Assembly (NCBI GenBank): GCA_963790305.1 | Contig: CAWBOC010000011.1 | Coordinates: forward strand, 1-46,571 | Reading direction: 5' to 3' | DNA from: an uncultured Gemmatimonadaceae bacterium | GTDB lineage: Bacteria; Gemmatimonadota; Gemmatimonadetes; Gemmatimonadales; Gemmatimonadaceae | DNA length: 46,571 bases | Shown here: piece by piece, positions 36,991-46,571 of the stretch | Layout of the letters: each line of letters begins with the position of its first letter | Position numbering within the stretch: the stretch's first letter is position 1 | Position numbers and translations under genes: made by a program | The notes under the pieces: model-generated | The model's input: the letters and a program-made list of their open reading frames with translations, nothing else | Told to the model about the DNA's origin: nothing | The model's database searches: none

Positions 36991-38015
36991 CCGGATGCCG
37001 AGCTCGCGCGGGCTTCGCGGTTGCGACGGCAGTGTTTACGCTCGTCGTGATCGGCGCCCTCGCTCTCGGAACACTGTACGCCGCGACGCACGAGCTCCGC
37101 GGCGGCCGCGACGCCATCCACCAGGCGCGAGCGGTCATGGCAGCCGAGCTGGGGATCGAGCAGACGATCGCGGGCTGGAGCAGGGAATGGAACGGTGCGC
37201 TGGGCAGAGGTTATGGGCGGAGCTGGACGCACGCCACCCTCGAGGGAGCCCAGGTGACGATCAGTCTCACGCGTCTGGCGGACGATCTCTTCCTGATCAC
37301 GTCCGAGGCGCGCGCGGGACCGGCGCGCCGGCACGTCGCGAGAGTCGTTAGGCTCGACGTGGAGGATCCGCCGCCGCTGGCCGCCCTCGTGGCCACACCC
37401 GCCACCGACACCTCGGCAAGCTCCGGAGTCGATGCATCCGATCATCCGCCAGCGCAGTGGGACTGCCCCGCGCCCGGACCAGCCCTTCCCGGGATCGCCA
37501 TTACCGACACGATCACGGCGCTGCGCTTCGGTCACTTCGACTGGCCCACACTCGCTAGGCTGGCCAATTCGCGGGTAACTGTGCGCGTCACTGGTGCCGC
37601 GCCTCGAGACAGTGACGAAGAGTGCGACACCACGCTTCCCGACAATTGGGGAGAGCCTAACAGGTGGATGGGAGGCCCATGCACCGGCTACTACCCCGTG
37701 ATCCATGCCGCAAGCGACCTGGTCATCGACGGCGGACGGGGGCAGGGAGTGCTCGTCGTCGAAGGCAATCTCACGCTCCAGGGCGGCTTCGAGTTTACCG
37801 GAGCTGTGCTGGTGCGGGGCGCGCTGATCGGCGGTCCTGGTGGTGCGCGCATTACGGGAACGGTGTCCGTCGCCGGCCAAGGGGCCACGGGCTCTTCACT
37901 GGACGGCCTGGCGATCGACTTCTCGCGATGCGCGGCGCGCAAAGCCTTGCTCGGTATCGCGATGCCGATGGCGGTGGTCGAGCGGTCGTGGAGCGCGTGG
38001 TTTCGCGAGCAATGA
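36987..38015 (+). CDS. pilX: PilX-like minor pilin, copy 2
   Basis: G|FAVATAVF (no E5); WDCPA, GRGQGVLVVEGNL, FSRCA, ERSW shared with copy 1. Confidence 0.8.
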   Translation: MTGCRARAGFAVATAVFTLVVIGALALGTLYAATHELRGGRDAIHQARAVMAAELGIEQTIAGWSREWNGALGRGYGRSWTHATLEGAQVTISLTRLADDLFLITSEARAGPARRHVARVVRLDVEDPPPLAALVATPATDTSASSGVDASDHPPAQWDCPAPGPALPGIAITDTITALRFGHFDWPTLARLANSRVTVRVTGAAPRDSDEECDTTLPDNWGEPNRWMGGPCTGYYPVIHAASDLVIDGGRGQGVLVVEGNLTLQGGFEFTGAVLVRGALIGGPGGARITGTVSVAGQGATGSSLDGLAIDFSRCAARKALLGIAMPMAVVERSWSAWFREQ

Positions 38016-38084
38016 GGAATGAGCGGCGAGGAGTGAGGAATTCCATCGGGATACGACACTCCTCCTTCCGCGTTCCTCATCCTC
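38011..38084. repeat. Degenerate inverted heptamer arrays (GAATGAG)n ... (CTCATTC)-like
   Basis: AATGAG GAATGAG CGGCGAG GAGTGAG GAAT ... CACTC CTCCTTC CGCGTTC CTCATCC; starts on the pilX-2 stop codon. Confidence 0.7.
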
Positions 38085-38354
38085 CATATCCAGCTATCCC
38101 TTGATGTTACTTCTCCTTCGGTGGCGCGTATTCGGAGAAGAAAAGTCGAATCCCGAAGGTGGGATCTGTCGCGCGAGGCGCGGCGCGAAATGGGGCGCGA
38201 AGGGTAAGTGCAGGCCGCCTCGTTACTACAGCGACCCGCTTCCAGTCAGATAGCGAGGCCCGTCGCTCCGGTTTCCCAAACCGAAACGAGAAGACGCGCC
38301 GGCAAGTGAAGGTCGCACGTCCCCGCTGGCTCCACCTGACACCCCGGTCACACC

Positions 38355-39398
38355 ATGGGTCTCTTCGGTCGCAGGAAGACGACAATCGGCCTCGACATTG
38401 GGTCGGGCCTCATCAAGGTCGCGGTCATCGACCACGGCAAGGGCGAGCCCGAGCTGACGAAGGTCGCCATCGCTCCACTGCTCGCCGACGCGATCGTCGA
38501 AGGCGAGATCATGGACCCCGGCATTGTCGCCGACGCCATTCGCGCCGCGCTCTCCGAGGCGGGCATCAAGGGCAAGAACATCGTGACCGCCGTCGGCGGC
38601 CGCGACGTGATCATCAAGAAGATCCAGATCGACCGCATGAAGGAAGCGCAGGCGCGCGAGGTCATCCGCTGGGAGGCCGAGCAGCACGTGCCCTTCGACA
38701 TGGAGTCGGTCGAGCTCGATTTCCAGATTCTCGACCCCGATGCCGACGACCTGCAAATGAACGTGCTGCTCGTCGCGGCCAAGCGCGACCTCGTCGAGAA
38801 CAAGATTCGCCTGATGCACGACGCCGATCTCGATGCGCGCGTCGTCGACGTCGACGCCTTCGCGCTACATAACGCGTTCGAGGTGAACTACCCCGACGCC
38901 ATGATGGGCGTCGTCGGCCTCGTCAACATCGGGCACGAAGTCACCAACATCAACATCCTCGACGACGGCGTCCCGCTGCTCACGCGCGACATCGCGCTCG
39001 GCACCCGGCGTTTCCGCGAGGATCTCCAGCGCGAGCGCGGCTTGAGCGCCGAAGAGGCGGACGAGCTGCTGCAGGGCTACGATCGCTCGCCGCATCTGGA
39101 CGCCGTGATCGAAAGTCGCGGCGAGGAGATCGCGGTGGGTGTGGAGCGCGCGGCGGCCTTCCTGGCTTCGTCGACGCGGTCCGGCTCGACCATGAAGGCG
39201 GTGTACACGAGCGGCGGCGGGTCCCGCGTTCCAGGACTCACCGAGGCGCTCGCGAATCGGCTGCGTGTGCGCGTCGAGCAAGCGAACCCGCTGCAGCGCT
39301 TGACCGTTCGTGACGGCGCTTTCGGGTCTCTCGTCCTTGATGACGTCGCACCTCTCTTGATGCTCCCCATTGGGCTGGCGCTCCGCCAGGTCGCCTGA
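38355..39398 (+). CDS. pilM: Type IV pilus assembly protein PilM
   Basis: IGLDIGSGLIK actin-like motif, EAEQHVPF, SGGGS, IGLALR. Confidence 0.96.
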   Translation: MGLFGRRKTTIGLDIGSGLIKVAVIDHGKGEPELTKVAIAPLLADAIVEGEIMDPGIVADAIRAALSEAGIKGKNIVTAVGGRDVIIKKIQIDRMKEAQAREVIRWEAEQHVPFDMESVELDFQILDPDADDLQMNVLLVAAKRDLVENKIRLMHDADLDARVVDVDAFALHNAFEVNYPDAMMGVVGLVNIGHEVTNINILDDGVPLLTRDIALGTRRFREDLQRERGLSAEEADELLQGYDRSPHLDAVIESRGEEIAVGVERAAAFLASSTRSGSTMKAVYTSGGGSRVPGLTEALANRLRVRVEQANPLQRLTVRDGAFGSLVLDDVAPLLMLPIGLALRQVA

Positions 39399-39416
39399 CC
39401 CTCTCCCGACGACCCC

Positions 39417-40169
39417 ATGATCGAGATCAATCTCCTTCCCGGATCCGGGAAGAAAGCGCGAGGGAAATCCACGAGCTTCGCCTTTGGTGGCGTGCTCTCG
39501 GGGATCATCGCGCAGGTCAAAGATCCCTACCTGATGGGTGCCGCCGCGCTGGTGATTCTGTCGGCGGTCGCGACGGTGGGTCTCTGGGGTCTGCAGCAGT
39601 CCACGTCGTCGCGGCTCGATCGTGAGCTCCAAACGGCGGTGCAGGACTCCATTCGCTTCGGCCTCATGATCAAGGAGCGCCGCAAGGTGCTCGCGCAGCG
39701 CGATGAGGTGCTCGGCCAGCTGTCGATGATCAAGACCATCGACGACAACCGCTTCACCTGGCCGCACATCATGGACGAAGTGAGCCGCGCACTTCCGCCG
39801 TACACGTGGCTGACGTCGATGGCGCAGACCAGCGCCGTCCCCGCGCCTCCGGGCTCGGAGCCGCCGGCACCGGCAGCCGTGCCGGGTCGTCCCGCCGCGC
39901 CCGCCGGAGTCACCGCGCAGGCGGCGGCCGATAGCGTACCAACACGACTCACGTTCCGGTTGATCGGGCAGACCGTCGACATCCAGGCGCTCACGCGCTT
40001 CATGAAGGATCTCGAGGCGTCGCCCTTTATCGAAGACATACAGCTGATCAAGTCGGTGACCATCATCGTGGAGCAGCGCGAAGTCACCGAGTTCCAGCTC
40101 GACGCAGCGTGGGAGGTCCCGGATCCGTCCGTAATCCGTACCGTCCCCGTCTCTCTGGCGGTGAGGTAA
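39417..40169 (+). CDS. pilN: PilN
   Basis: MIEINLLP motif, TM segment, coiled coil, WLT. Confidence 0.93.
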   Translation: MIEINLLPGSGKKARGKSTSFAFGGVLSGIIAQVKDPYLMGAAALVILSAVATVGLWGLQQSTSSRLDRELQTAVQDSIRFGLMIKERRKVLAQRDEVLGQLSMIKTIDDNRFTWPHIMDEVSRALPPYTWLTSMAQTSAVPAPPGSEPPAPAAVPGRPAAPAGVTAQAAADSVPTRLTFRLIGQTVDIQALTRFMKDLEASPFIEDIQLIKSVTIIVEQREVTEFQLDAAWEVPDPSVIRTVPVSLAVR

Positions 40170-40171
40170 CC

Positions 40172-40789
40172 ATGGCTGGAATGGGACAGCGCGAAAAGAA
40201 TCTCGTCGGCATCGCGGCGCTCGCCGTGATGGCCGCCGGTGCCTACTGGTACTTCCTGCATCGCCCCAAGGCCATCGAGCTCGCCGATACGCGCACGCGT
40301 GTCGAGCGGCTGAAGACGGAGAACGACAAGGCGAAGGCCGAGGTTGCCAAGGGTCGCCCGGAAGAGATTCGGGCGCAGCTCGCGCAGTATCAGCAGAATC
40401 TCGCGCTCATTCGCACGCTGGTGCCGACGAGCAATGAAGTGCCGGCGCTGCTCGAGCAGGTCTCGACGGCGGCGCGCCGTGTCGGACTGGATCTGGCCGC
40501 GGTGACGCCGCAGCCGGTGATCCAGGGCGACCGGTACGACACCTATCGCTACAACATCGACATCGCGGGCAACTACCACGATCTGGCGACGTTCCTCACG
40601 AACGTCGGATCGCTCACGCGAATCGTCGCTCCGATGAATCTCCAGCTCTCGCAGCCGTCCAATCCGGCGGCGGCGAAGGCGCGCGCGCAGAAGGATGCGT
40701 CGGTCGTAGACGCGCGCTTCCTGATCCAGACGTACGTGTCGAAGACCATCAAGGATCTGCCGATGCCTTCGACGACGGGAGACAACTGA
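40172..40789 (+). CDS. pilO: PilO
   Basis: TM segment, LVPTSNEVPALL, GNYHDLATFL..LTRIV, TY. Confidence 0.92.
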   Translation: MAGMGQREKNLVGIAALAVMAAGAYWYFLHRPKAIELADTRTRVERLKTENDKAKAEVAKGRPEEIRAQLAQYQQNLALIRTLVPTSNEVPALLEQVSTAARRVGLDLAAVTPQPVIQGDRYDTYRYNIDIAGNYHDLATFLTNVGSLTRIVAPMNLQLSQPSNPAAAKARAQKDASVVDARFLIQTYVSKTIKDLPMPSTTGDN

Positions 40790-40790
40790 C

Positions 40791-41447
40791 ATGCGCCGCT
40801 CGCTCGCACTCCTGCTGCTCGCCGCCGCCGTGGCGGTTGGATCCCAGACGAGGGCACCCGTGCTCCTCGCGCAGTCGGGTCCGGGTGCCGCCGGCACGCG
40901 CGCGAAGAACGCGGCGCGCAACGCGGCGGCCAAGACCGATGCGCACACGCGCGCGGTTCAACAGCCAACGTCGTCGAGCGGGCCGGCGGCATCATCGACC
41001 GGTACCACCACCAAACAGCCCTCCAGCGGACAGGTCTCGCCAACGTCCGCCGCGCCCCAGGGCGTGCAGCACTCGGCGCCGAACGATCAGTCCTCGGTCG
41101 CGGTGCGTGGGGGCAAGGATGAAGTCGGGTTCCGTCGTGAGGCGTTCAGCTATGAGAAGTCGGGTCGACGCGACCCGTTCCTCTCTCTGCTGCACAGCAA
41201 CGACCTGAGGCCGATGATCAACGACCTCAAGCTGGTCGCCGTTCTGTACGATCCGGTCGGCCGCTCGTGGGCGGTCATGCGTGACATGACCACGAAGGAG
41301 CAGTACCGCGTCAAGGTCGGCCAGCAGCTCGGCCGTATGCGCGTCTCACAGATCCACCCGAAGTCCGTGACTTTCACGATCGAAGAGATCGGTTTTAGCC
41401 GTCAGCAGACGCTGGCGCTCAACGATTCAAAGGAGAGGGAACCATGA
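40791..41447 (+). CDS. pilP: PilP-like protein
   Basis: GRRDPF motif, LKLVAVL, VKVGQQLG; position between pilO and pilQ; low-complexity N-terminus. Confidence 0.75.
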   Translation: MRRSLALLLLAAAVAVGSQTRAPVLLAQSGPGAAGTRAKNAARNAAAKTDAHTRAVQQPTSSSGPAASSTGTTTKQPSSGQVSPTSAAPQGVQHSAPNDQSSVAVRGGKDEVGFRREAFSYEKSGRRDPFLSLLHSNDLRPMINDLKLVAVLYDPVGRSWAVMRDMTTKEQYRVKVGQQLGRMRVSQIHPKSVTFTIEEIGFSRQQTLALNDSKEREP

Positions 41448-43387
41448 GGCGAGTCTGGATGCTGGCAGCCGTGATCGGTATCGCCCTCGCGGGCGCGACC
41501 GACGGGCGTGCCGCAGACACGGATGCGCCGCGGGGAAGTGGGGAGGTGGTCTCGCTGAGCGTCGTCCCGATTACCGGACGTGCTGAAGTCGTCATTGCAG
41601 TGGACGGCTCGGTCAATGTCCAGGACTTTACCCTCTCGAAGCCCGCGCGCGTCGTCATCGATCTGAAAGGCGCGCGTCTCACCATGCCTGCGCGGCTGTA
41701 CGACAAGGTCCAGCGTGGCGCGATCATGAACCTTCGCGTCGCGCAGTATAAGGAAGAAGTCGTTCGCGTCGTGATCGACCTCGACCAGTCGCGTGACTAT
41801 TCGATCACGCGCGGCGAGGAATCCATCCGCGTGTCGATCGACGCCGAGGCGGGTGCCTTTAACGCCTGGCACGCGACACGTGAGATCGCGACGCCGGTCG
41901 AGAAGCGAATCGAGCCCGCGCCGAAGACCAAGGTCGGTCGCGGCTCGCAGCTCGCAGCTCGCAACTCGCCGCCGCCCGTTTCGCAGCAACCCCGCATCAC
42001 GGTGACCTACCAGGACGCCGACATTCGTGATGTCGTCGCGGCGTTCGCCGCGTTCAGCGGTCGCACGATCGTCGTCGGGAAAGAAATCGAGGGGAAGGTC
42101 ACCGCCGAGGTGCGCGACCAGCCCTGGGACGTTGCCCTGCGCGCGATCCTGCAATCGCAGGGGCTCGCCGCGGTCGAGGATGCCAACGGAATCATCGCCG
42201 TCGATTCGTACGAGAACATTGCGTCGCAGCAGGCCACCGAGCCGCTGTCCACGCAGATCGTTCCGGTCAACTATGCTCGTGCCGGCTCACTGGTCGAGAC
42301 CGTGCGGTCGCTGCTCTCCAAGGATTGCATGGCGGCACGCTCGGTGAGCGCGGGGGCGGCTGGACGCCCCACGATGGGTGGCGGCGAAGGCTGCATCACT
42401 CGTGGCTCCGTCGTCGCTGACTCGGGGACCAACAGACTGATCATCACCGACGTCCCGTCGCGCCTTGGCGAGATCTCGGGCTACGTACAGGACCTCGACG
42501 TTCGCACGCCGCAGGTCGCGATCAAGGCGAAGATCATCTTCGTCAACCGCACCGATATCGAGGCGCTCGGCGTCACCTACGACCTGGGCAGCCAGACGCA
42601 GTTCTTCAACAAGCTCGTCCAGCGCACCGACCCGAGCACCTTCGAGCCGGTGGACACCGATGGCGACGGCATCAACGACGCCTTCGGTGGAGAGCCGTTC
42701 GAGCAGAACACCAACATCATCGACATCGGCGGCAACGCACTCGCCGCGATCTCGAACGCGAACGCCCGTATCGTCAATCCGGCGCTCGAGCTGATCTTCT
42801 CGACCGCGATCGGCAAGTTCGACCTCACGGCGTTCATCGACGCGCTTCAGGAAGTCCGGCTTGCCGACATTCAGGCCGAGCCGAGCATCGTGACGCTCGA
42901 CAATCGGAAGGCGGAGATCCTCGTCGGTGAGGAGACCCCGATCCGCGTGATCGACCTGGGCTCGCAGGGCCAGGGCGGTGGCGGCGGCCAGCAGAACCAG
43001 CCGCGCGCGACCGTGAACTTCAAGGAGACGGGCATCATTCTCTCCGTCACGCCGCACATCACGAACAACCGCCACATCCTCATGACGCTGCACTCGGAGC
43101 GCTCCAACCTCCAGGCGGCGGCGTCGGACCTCGGATTTACCTTCCAGAAGCAGCGTGCGGACAACCAGCTCCTCGTTGCTGACGGCGAGACGGCCGTAAT
43201 CGGCGGGCTCACCGTGACCGAAGTGACGGTCTCGAAAGTCGGCATCCCGATTCTCGTGGACCTGCCGCTCATTGGAAAGCTCTTCGGTCAGACCACGACT
43301 CGGGAAGAGAAGCGCGACCTGCTGATTCTGGTCACGCCCCACATCATCGACGAAGGAGAGAGCATCGCGCCGCCTAACGGCCGCTGA
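41444..43387 (+). CDS. pilQ: Type IV pilus secretin PilQ (AMIN + STN/N domains + secretin)
   Basis: PARVVIDL AMIN domain, DQPWDVAL, QVAIKAKI, GIILSVTPHI, GIPILVDLPLIGKLF, LLILVTPHII. Confidence 0.95.
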   Translation: MRRVWMLAAVIGIALAGATDGRAADTDAPRGSGEVVSLSVVPITGRAEVVIAVDGSVNVQDFTLSKPARVVIDLKGARLTMPARLYDKVQRGAIMNLRVAQYKEEVVRVVIDLDQSRDYSITRGEESIRVSIDAEAGAFNAWHATREIATPVEKRIEPAPKTKVGRGSQLAARNSPPPVSQQPRITVTYQDADIRDVVAAFAAFSGRTIVVGKEIEGKVTAEVRDQPWDVALRAILQSQGLAAVEDANGIIAVDSYENIASQQATEPLSTQIVPVNYARAGSLVETVRSLLSKDCMAARSVSAGAAGRPTMGGGEGCITRGSVVADSGTNRLIITDVPSRLGEISGYVQDLDVRTPQVAIKAKIIFVNRTDIEALGVTYDLGSQTQFFNKLVQRTDPSTFEPVDTDGDGINDAFGGEPFEQNTNIIDIGGNALAAISNANARIVNPALELIFSTAIGKFDLTAFIDALQEVRLADIQAEPSIVTLDNRKAEILVGEETPIRVIDLGSQGQGGGGGQQNQPRATVNFKETGIILSVTPHITNNRHILMTLHSERSNLQAAASDLGFTFQKQRADNQLLVADGETAVIGGLTVTEVTVSKVGIPILVDLPLIGKLFGQTTTREEKRDLLILVTPHIIDEGESIAPPNGR

Positions 43388-43405
43388 TGCTATCCTGATC
43401 ACGCC

Positions 43406-45914
43406 ATGACGACCTTGCCGAACATGCTCCGCACCCGCGGAGTCGCCCTTGGCGCATTCGCCATCCTTCTCGGGATGGCGGCGTGCGCCGAGCAGCAGCC
43501 CTCGGGCTCGCTCGGTGATCTCGATTCGCCGGGCCTGACCCTGGCTCCTCTGGACGCCCCGAACGACAGCTCCATCGCCTTCACGGCGACCGCGGTCGAC
43601 AATCTCGGTATCAAGTCGATCCGGGTTCTCATCTCCGGCGGCGTCACCGGTGTGATCGACACGAACTTCACGGTCAACCAGACGCGCATTACGGTGCCGT
43701 ACACGCTCGCCATCCCGACGACGGTTCAGCCGGGTACGGCGATCATCCTCATTGGTACCTCGACGGACGGCGCACGCAACGTCTCGGCGCCCGACACGCT
43801 GACGCTCACCGTGGGCGGCGTCGCGCCCCCGACGGTTCGCATCGTCTCCCCGACGGCCGCCGATGCGGCGGTCGTGGGCCGCCAGCTCCTCATCACGATC
43901 ACCGGCTCGAGTGAGCTCAAGATTCGCTCGCTCGGCTACATTGCGACCGGCGCAGTGACCGGCGTCGACTCGATCGTGTATGGCAATCCGCTCCTCATCG
44001 ATCGGACTGCGATCGACACTCTCACGATTCCCGCGGGCGCCACTCCGGGTCCGCTGACATTACAGCCATTCCTCGTCGACTCGCTCGGACGCCAGCGCTT
44101 CCTCGGCTCACCGGTCACGCTGCAAGTGATCCCGGCTGCCGGCGCGGGTACGCGGCCGCTGGTCGACTTCGGCCTCAACGACCGTATCGAGGTCAGCGAC
44201 ACGATTTTCGTGACGGCGACCGATCCGGCGGGCATTCTCGATGCTCGGCTACGACGTGCGCCTCCTCGATGGCACGACGGTCGGGCAGGACTCGATAACG
44301 TCCAACGGTCAGATTACGTCGCTGCGCAACACGTTCACCATGCGACTGAACGTCACGACGTTCCCGACCCGGGTCATCGTTAGGGCCTGGGCGCGGAATT
44401 CCGCCGGCACCTCCGACTCGGCGCGAGTTGGTGGAGCCACGGGCCCGGTGCGAGTCGACACCGTGACAATCGTGGCGGGTAGCACGCGACCGCTGCCGGT
44501 TGGTGGCCTCGTCGCTGACGGGATCTATCACCAGGCGAGCGACAAGCTCTACCTCTCGAACATCGCGCGGAATCAGCTCGAGGTGTTCTACCTCGGCGAC
44601 TCCACGTTCAAGGCACCGGTACGCGTCGGCTCGCGTCCGTGGGGTCTCGCGGCCTGGCCGCGCGACCGCGGCGACGTCACGGTGCCGCGCTATGGACAGG
44701 GCGACACGATTCTCGTCGCCAACAACGGCGGAACGTCGATCAGTTACGTGCGGGTGAATCCCGCGGATCCGAATGACAGTGGGCTGGAGATGTACCGCTA
44801 CCCGCTGCCGAACATCATCGTCTACTCGATCACGGCCAAGCTCTCCGAAACGACGGGGCAGCTGCTCCAGGTCCGAACGCGCTACGACTTCAGCGATCGC
44901 CCGCAGTGGATCGGGGCGGTTTGCAATGGCGCCACGACTCCAGGAGCCCCATGCAACGAGGTGACTGTGGTCTACTCGACGTCGCCGACGCTCGGACAGT
45001 CGGTGCCGTTCGACAAGAAGAACGGGACGCTGCGGTGGGAGAACCTCACCCGCCGTCAGAGCCATTTCTTCTGGCAGCACGCGAGCGGCCAGGGCGACCG
45101 GCGCGCTGACACCATCGAGATCGAGCGCTTTGGCTCGATGGACGCCAGTGGCACCATCGTCGGTCACGCGGACTCGCTGCTCGTGCCCTTCCTGCAAATC
45201 GGTACCAATGCGACAGGCGATACCGCGCTCGTCGCGAACGTCTTCCGGATCGACGACATCGCGTTCCGCGACACCACGTTCGTGCGGAACTCAGGAAACT
45301 TCCGCCGCGCGATCATGGGCGAAGGCGGCCGCGTGTTGGGTCAGGACCTCGGGACCAACGCACGGGCGATCGGTTACGACGCCACCATTGGGATGAAGCG
45401 GAGCAACTACTCGCACCCCGGCTACGTGCTGCCGACGCCGGTAGCGGACTCCGGAATCTCACGCGCCATGGACGTCACCGACTACGTGGCCAACACGTCG
45501 GCCCGCGTCCTCGGCGTCAGTATCAATTTCGACGGCCAGATCGCCGCGCTTCGCGCCGACTCGGTCTACCTGATAGATCCGCTGCTCCGCTTGCAGGGTC
45601 TGCTCGAAGTCTCCGGCACCAATGCGGGCTTCGACTTCCACCCACTGAACTATGGTGGTGGTGACCCGGGCCTTCCCGGTTCGGTGCTGCCGACCGAGCG
45701 CCTCGCCTTCTCGGCGTCGCTGCAGCCGGAGATCGAAGTGTACGACACGTGGGAATACCGCCGCGTCGGTTGCGTACCGGTTCGCGACCCGATCATCGGT
45801 CCGATCAAGGCGTCAGTGCGCGGTGGCCAGGTGGTGTTGGTCGGCGCGACGGCGCGCGGCGTCATAATCGTGGCGCTGAGCAACGCACTCACGGCGGGCT
45901 GCCAGGTGCCCTGA
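43406..45914 (+). CDS. Large lipoprotein (about 835 aa if rejoined): Ig-like repeats + probable beta-propeller; one frameshift near 44235
   Basis: Lipobox MAA-C; repeated TATAVDNLGI / VTATDPAGI Ig-like strands; two overlapping ORFs join at GI(S)MLGY; RVGSRPWGLA..ILVANNGG is YVTN-like. Confidence 0.7.
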
Positions 45915-45946
45915 GTACCTACAGCCGCTCCGAGCTGATCTGAACT

Positions 45947-46005
45947 CGGAATGCGGAATGCGGAACTGCGGTGATCATATCCGCATTCCGCATTCCGCAT
46001 TCTGC
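45947..46005. repeat. Inverted heptamer arrays (GGAATGC)n ... (GCATTCC)n
   Basis: CGGAATGCGGAATGCGGAACTGCGG..CCGCATTCCGCATTCCGCATTCTG, 15 nt before the aroC ATG; same unit as 4603-4743. Confidence 0.9.
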
Positions 46006-46019
46006 TTTATGTTCTCGGC

Positions 46020-46571
46020 ATGCTCCGTTTCACGACTGCCGGTGAATCCCACGGGCCCGCGCTCATCTCCATCCTCGAGGGCCTTCCCGCCGGCCTGCCG
46101 CTGCTCGCAGAGCACGTGAATGCGGAGTTCGCGCGACGCCAGCGTGGATATGGGCGCGGGCGCCGCATGCAGATCGAGCAGGACGCAATCGAGTTCCTCG
46201 GCGGCGTGCGCGCAGGCGAGACCATTGGCTCCCCCGTCGCAATGCTCATTCGGAATCGGGATTGGGCGACGTGGCGGGAGATCATGGACCCGGCGCCGCA
46301 GGCCGGATCCCGAGCTCCGGCGGCGAGCCGTCAGGAGGCCGCGGCCGGGCACGCCGACCTTACCGGGCTCCTCAAGTATGCGCGCGACAATGCGCGCGAC
46401 ATCCTCGAGCGCGCCTCCGCGCGCGAGAGGACCGCGCGTGTAGCTGCTGCAGCCGTGTGCAAGCGACTGCTCGGCGAGTTCGGCGTTCGCGTCGGCAGTC
46501 ACGTCGTGCATCTGGGTGGTATCGATGCCGGGCGGCCCGGAGGATTTTCCTCCGATCTCGCGGCGGCCGCG
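46020..46571 (+). CDS. aroC: Chorismate synthase, N-terminal part (runs off the window; local indels near 46300-46350)
   Basis: MLRFTTAGESHG, RRQRGYGRG, PRPGHADL (frame-disturbed), ERASARE. Confidence 0.95.
   Translation, partial: MLRFTTAGESHGPALISILEGLPAGLPLLAEHVNAEFARRQRGYGRGRRMQIEQDAIEFLGGVRAGETIGSPVAMLIRNRDWATWREIMDPAPQAGSRAPAASRQEAAAGHADLTGLLKYARDNARDILERASARERTARVAAAAVCKRLLGEFGVRVGSHVVHLGGIDAGRPGGFSSDLAAAA

Noticed and set aside
38085..38354. ncRNA or sigma54 promoter upstream of pilM
   Set aside because: No GG-N10-GC with TGGCA context and no recognisable RNA motif was found by eye.
39527..40948. Long antisense ORFs (also 12248-13792, 17258-18478, 22271-23680, 3219-4301)
   Set aside because: Arg/Ala/Pro-rich shadow frames of well-supported genes, expected at high GC.
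44220..44260. Programmed frameshift in the lipoprotein (and at about 31085 in the regulator)
   Set aside because: No slippery heptamer is evident; a single-base indel restores each frame.

Overview
High-GC bacterial chromosomal segment. Gene content and order suggest Gemmatimonadota, but that is inference. It is bracketed by two halves of a type IVa pilus/competence system. Left: 3' end of comEA, then pilB (many frameshifts), pilT and pilC. Right: pilS-pilR, a second sensor kinase/sigma54 activator pair, a sigma54-type promoter, fimU-like pilin, two tandem paralogous pilV-pilW-pilX cassettes, pilMNOPQ, a large frameshifted lipoprotein and the start of aroC. The middle holds (i) cspA-rpsU-degenerate TIR protein; (ii) a PLP decarboxylase plus a small lipoprotein; (iii) an OmpR-type two-component system followed by a tightly coupled sulfur-relay operon (exported tandem rhodanese, two YeeE/YedE proteins, a Cys-less rhodanese ending RRRGC, and a Moco-sulfurase-like PLP desulfurase); (iv) copZ-copA and copCD-methyltransferase; (v) housekeeping genes (CPBP protease, esterase, short MutY plus deaminase, arfB, CNNM/CorC). 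The strongest non-annotated signals are a shared 22-bp box upstream of both the two-component genes and the sulfur operon, and a family of intergenic elements built from 7-bp (sometimes 9-bp) tandem repeats of varying sequence, often paired as long inverted hairpins between a stop codon and the next gene. Frameshifts cluster near the window ends and look like sequencing indels. No rRNA, tRNA, CRISPR or transposase was seen.
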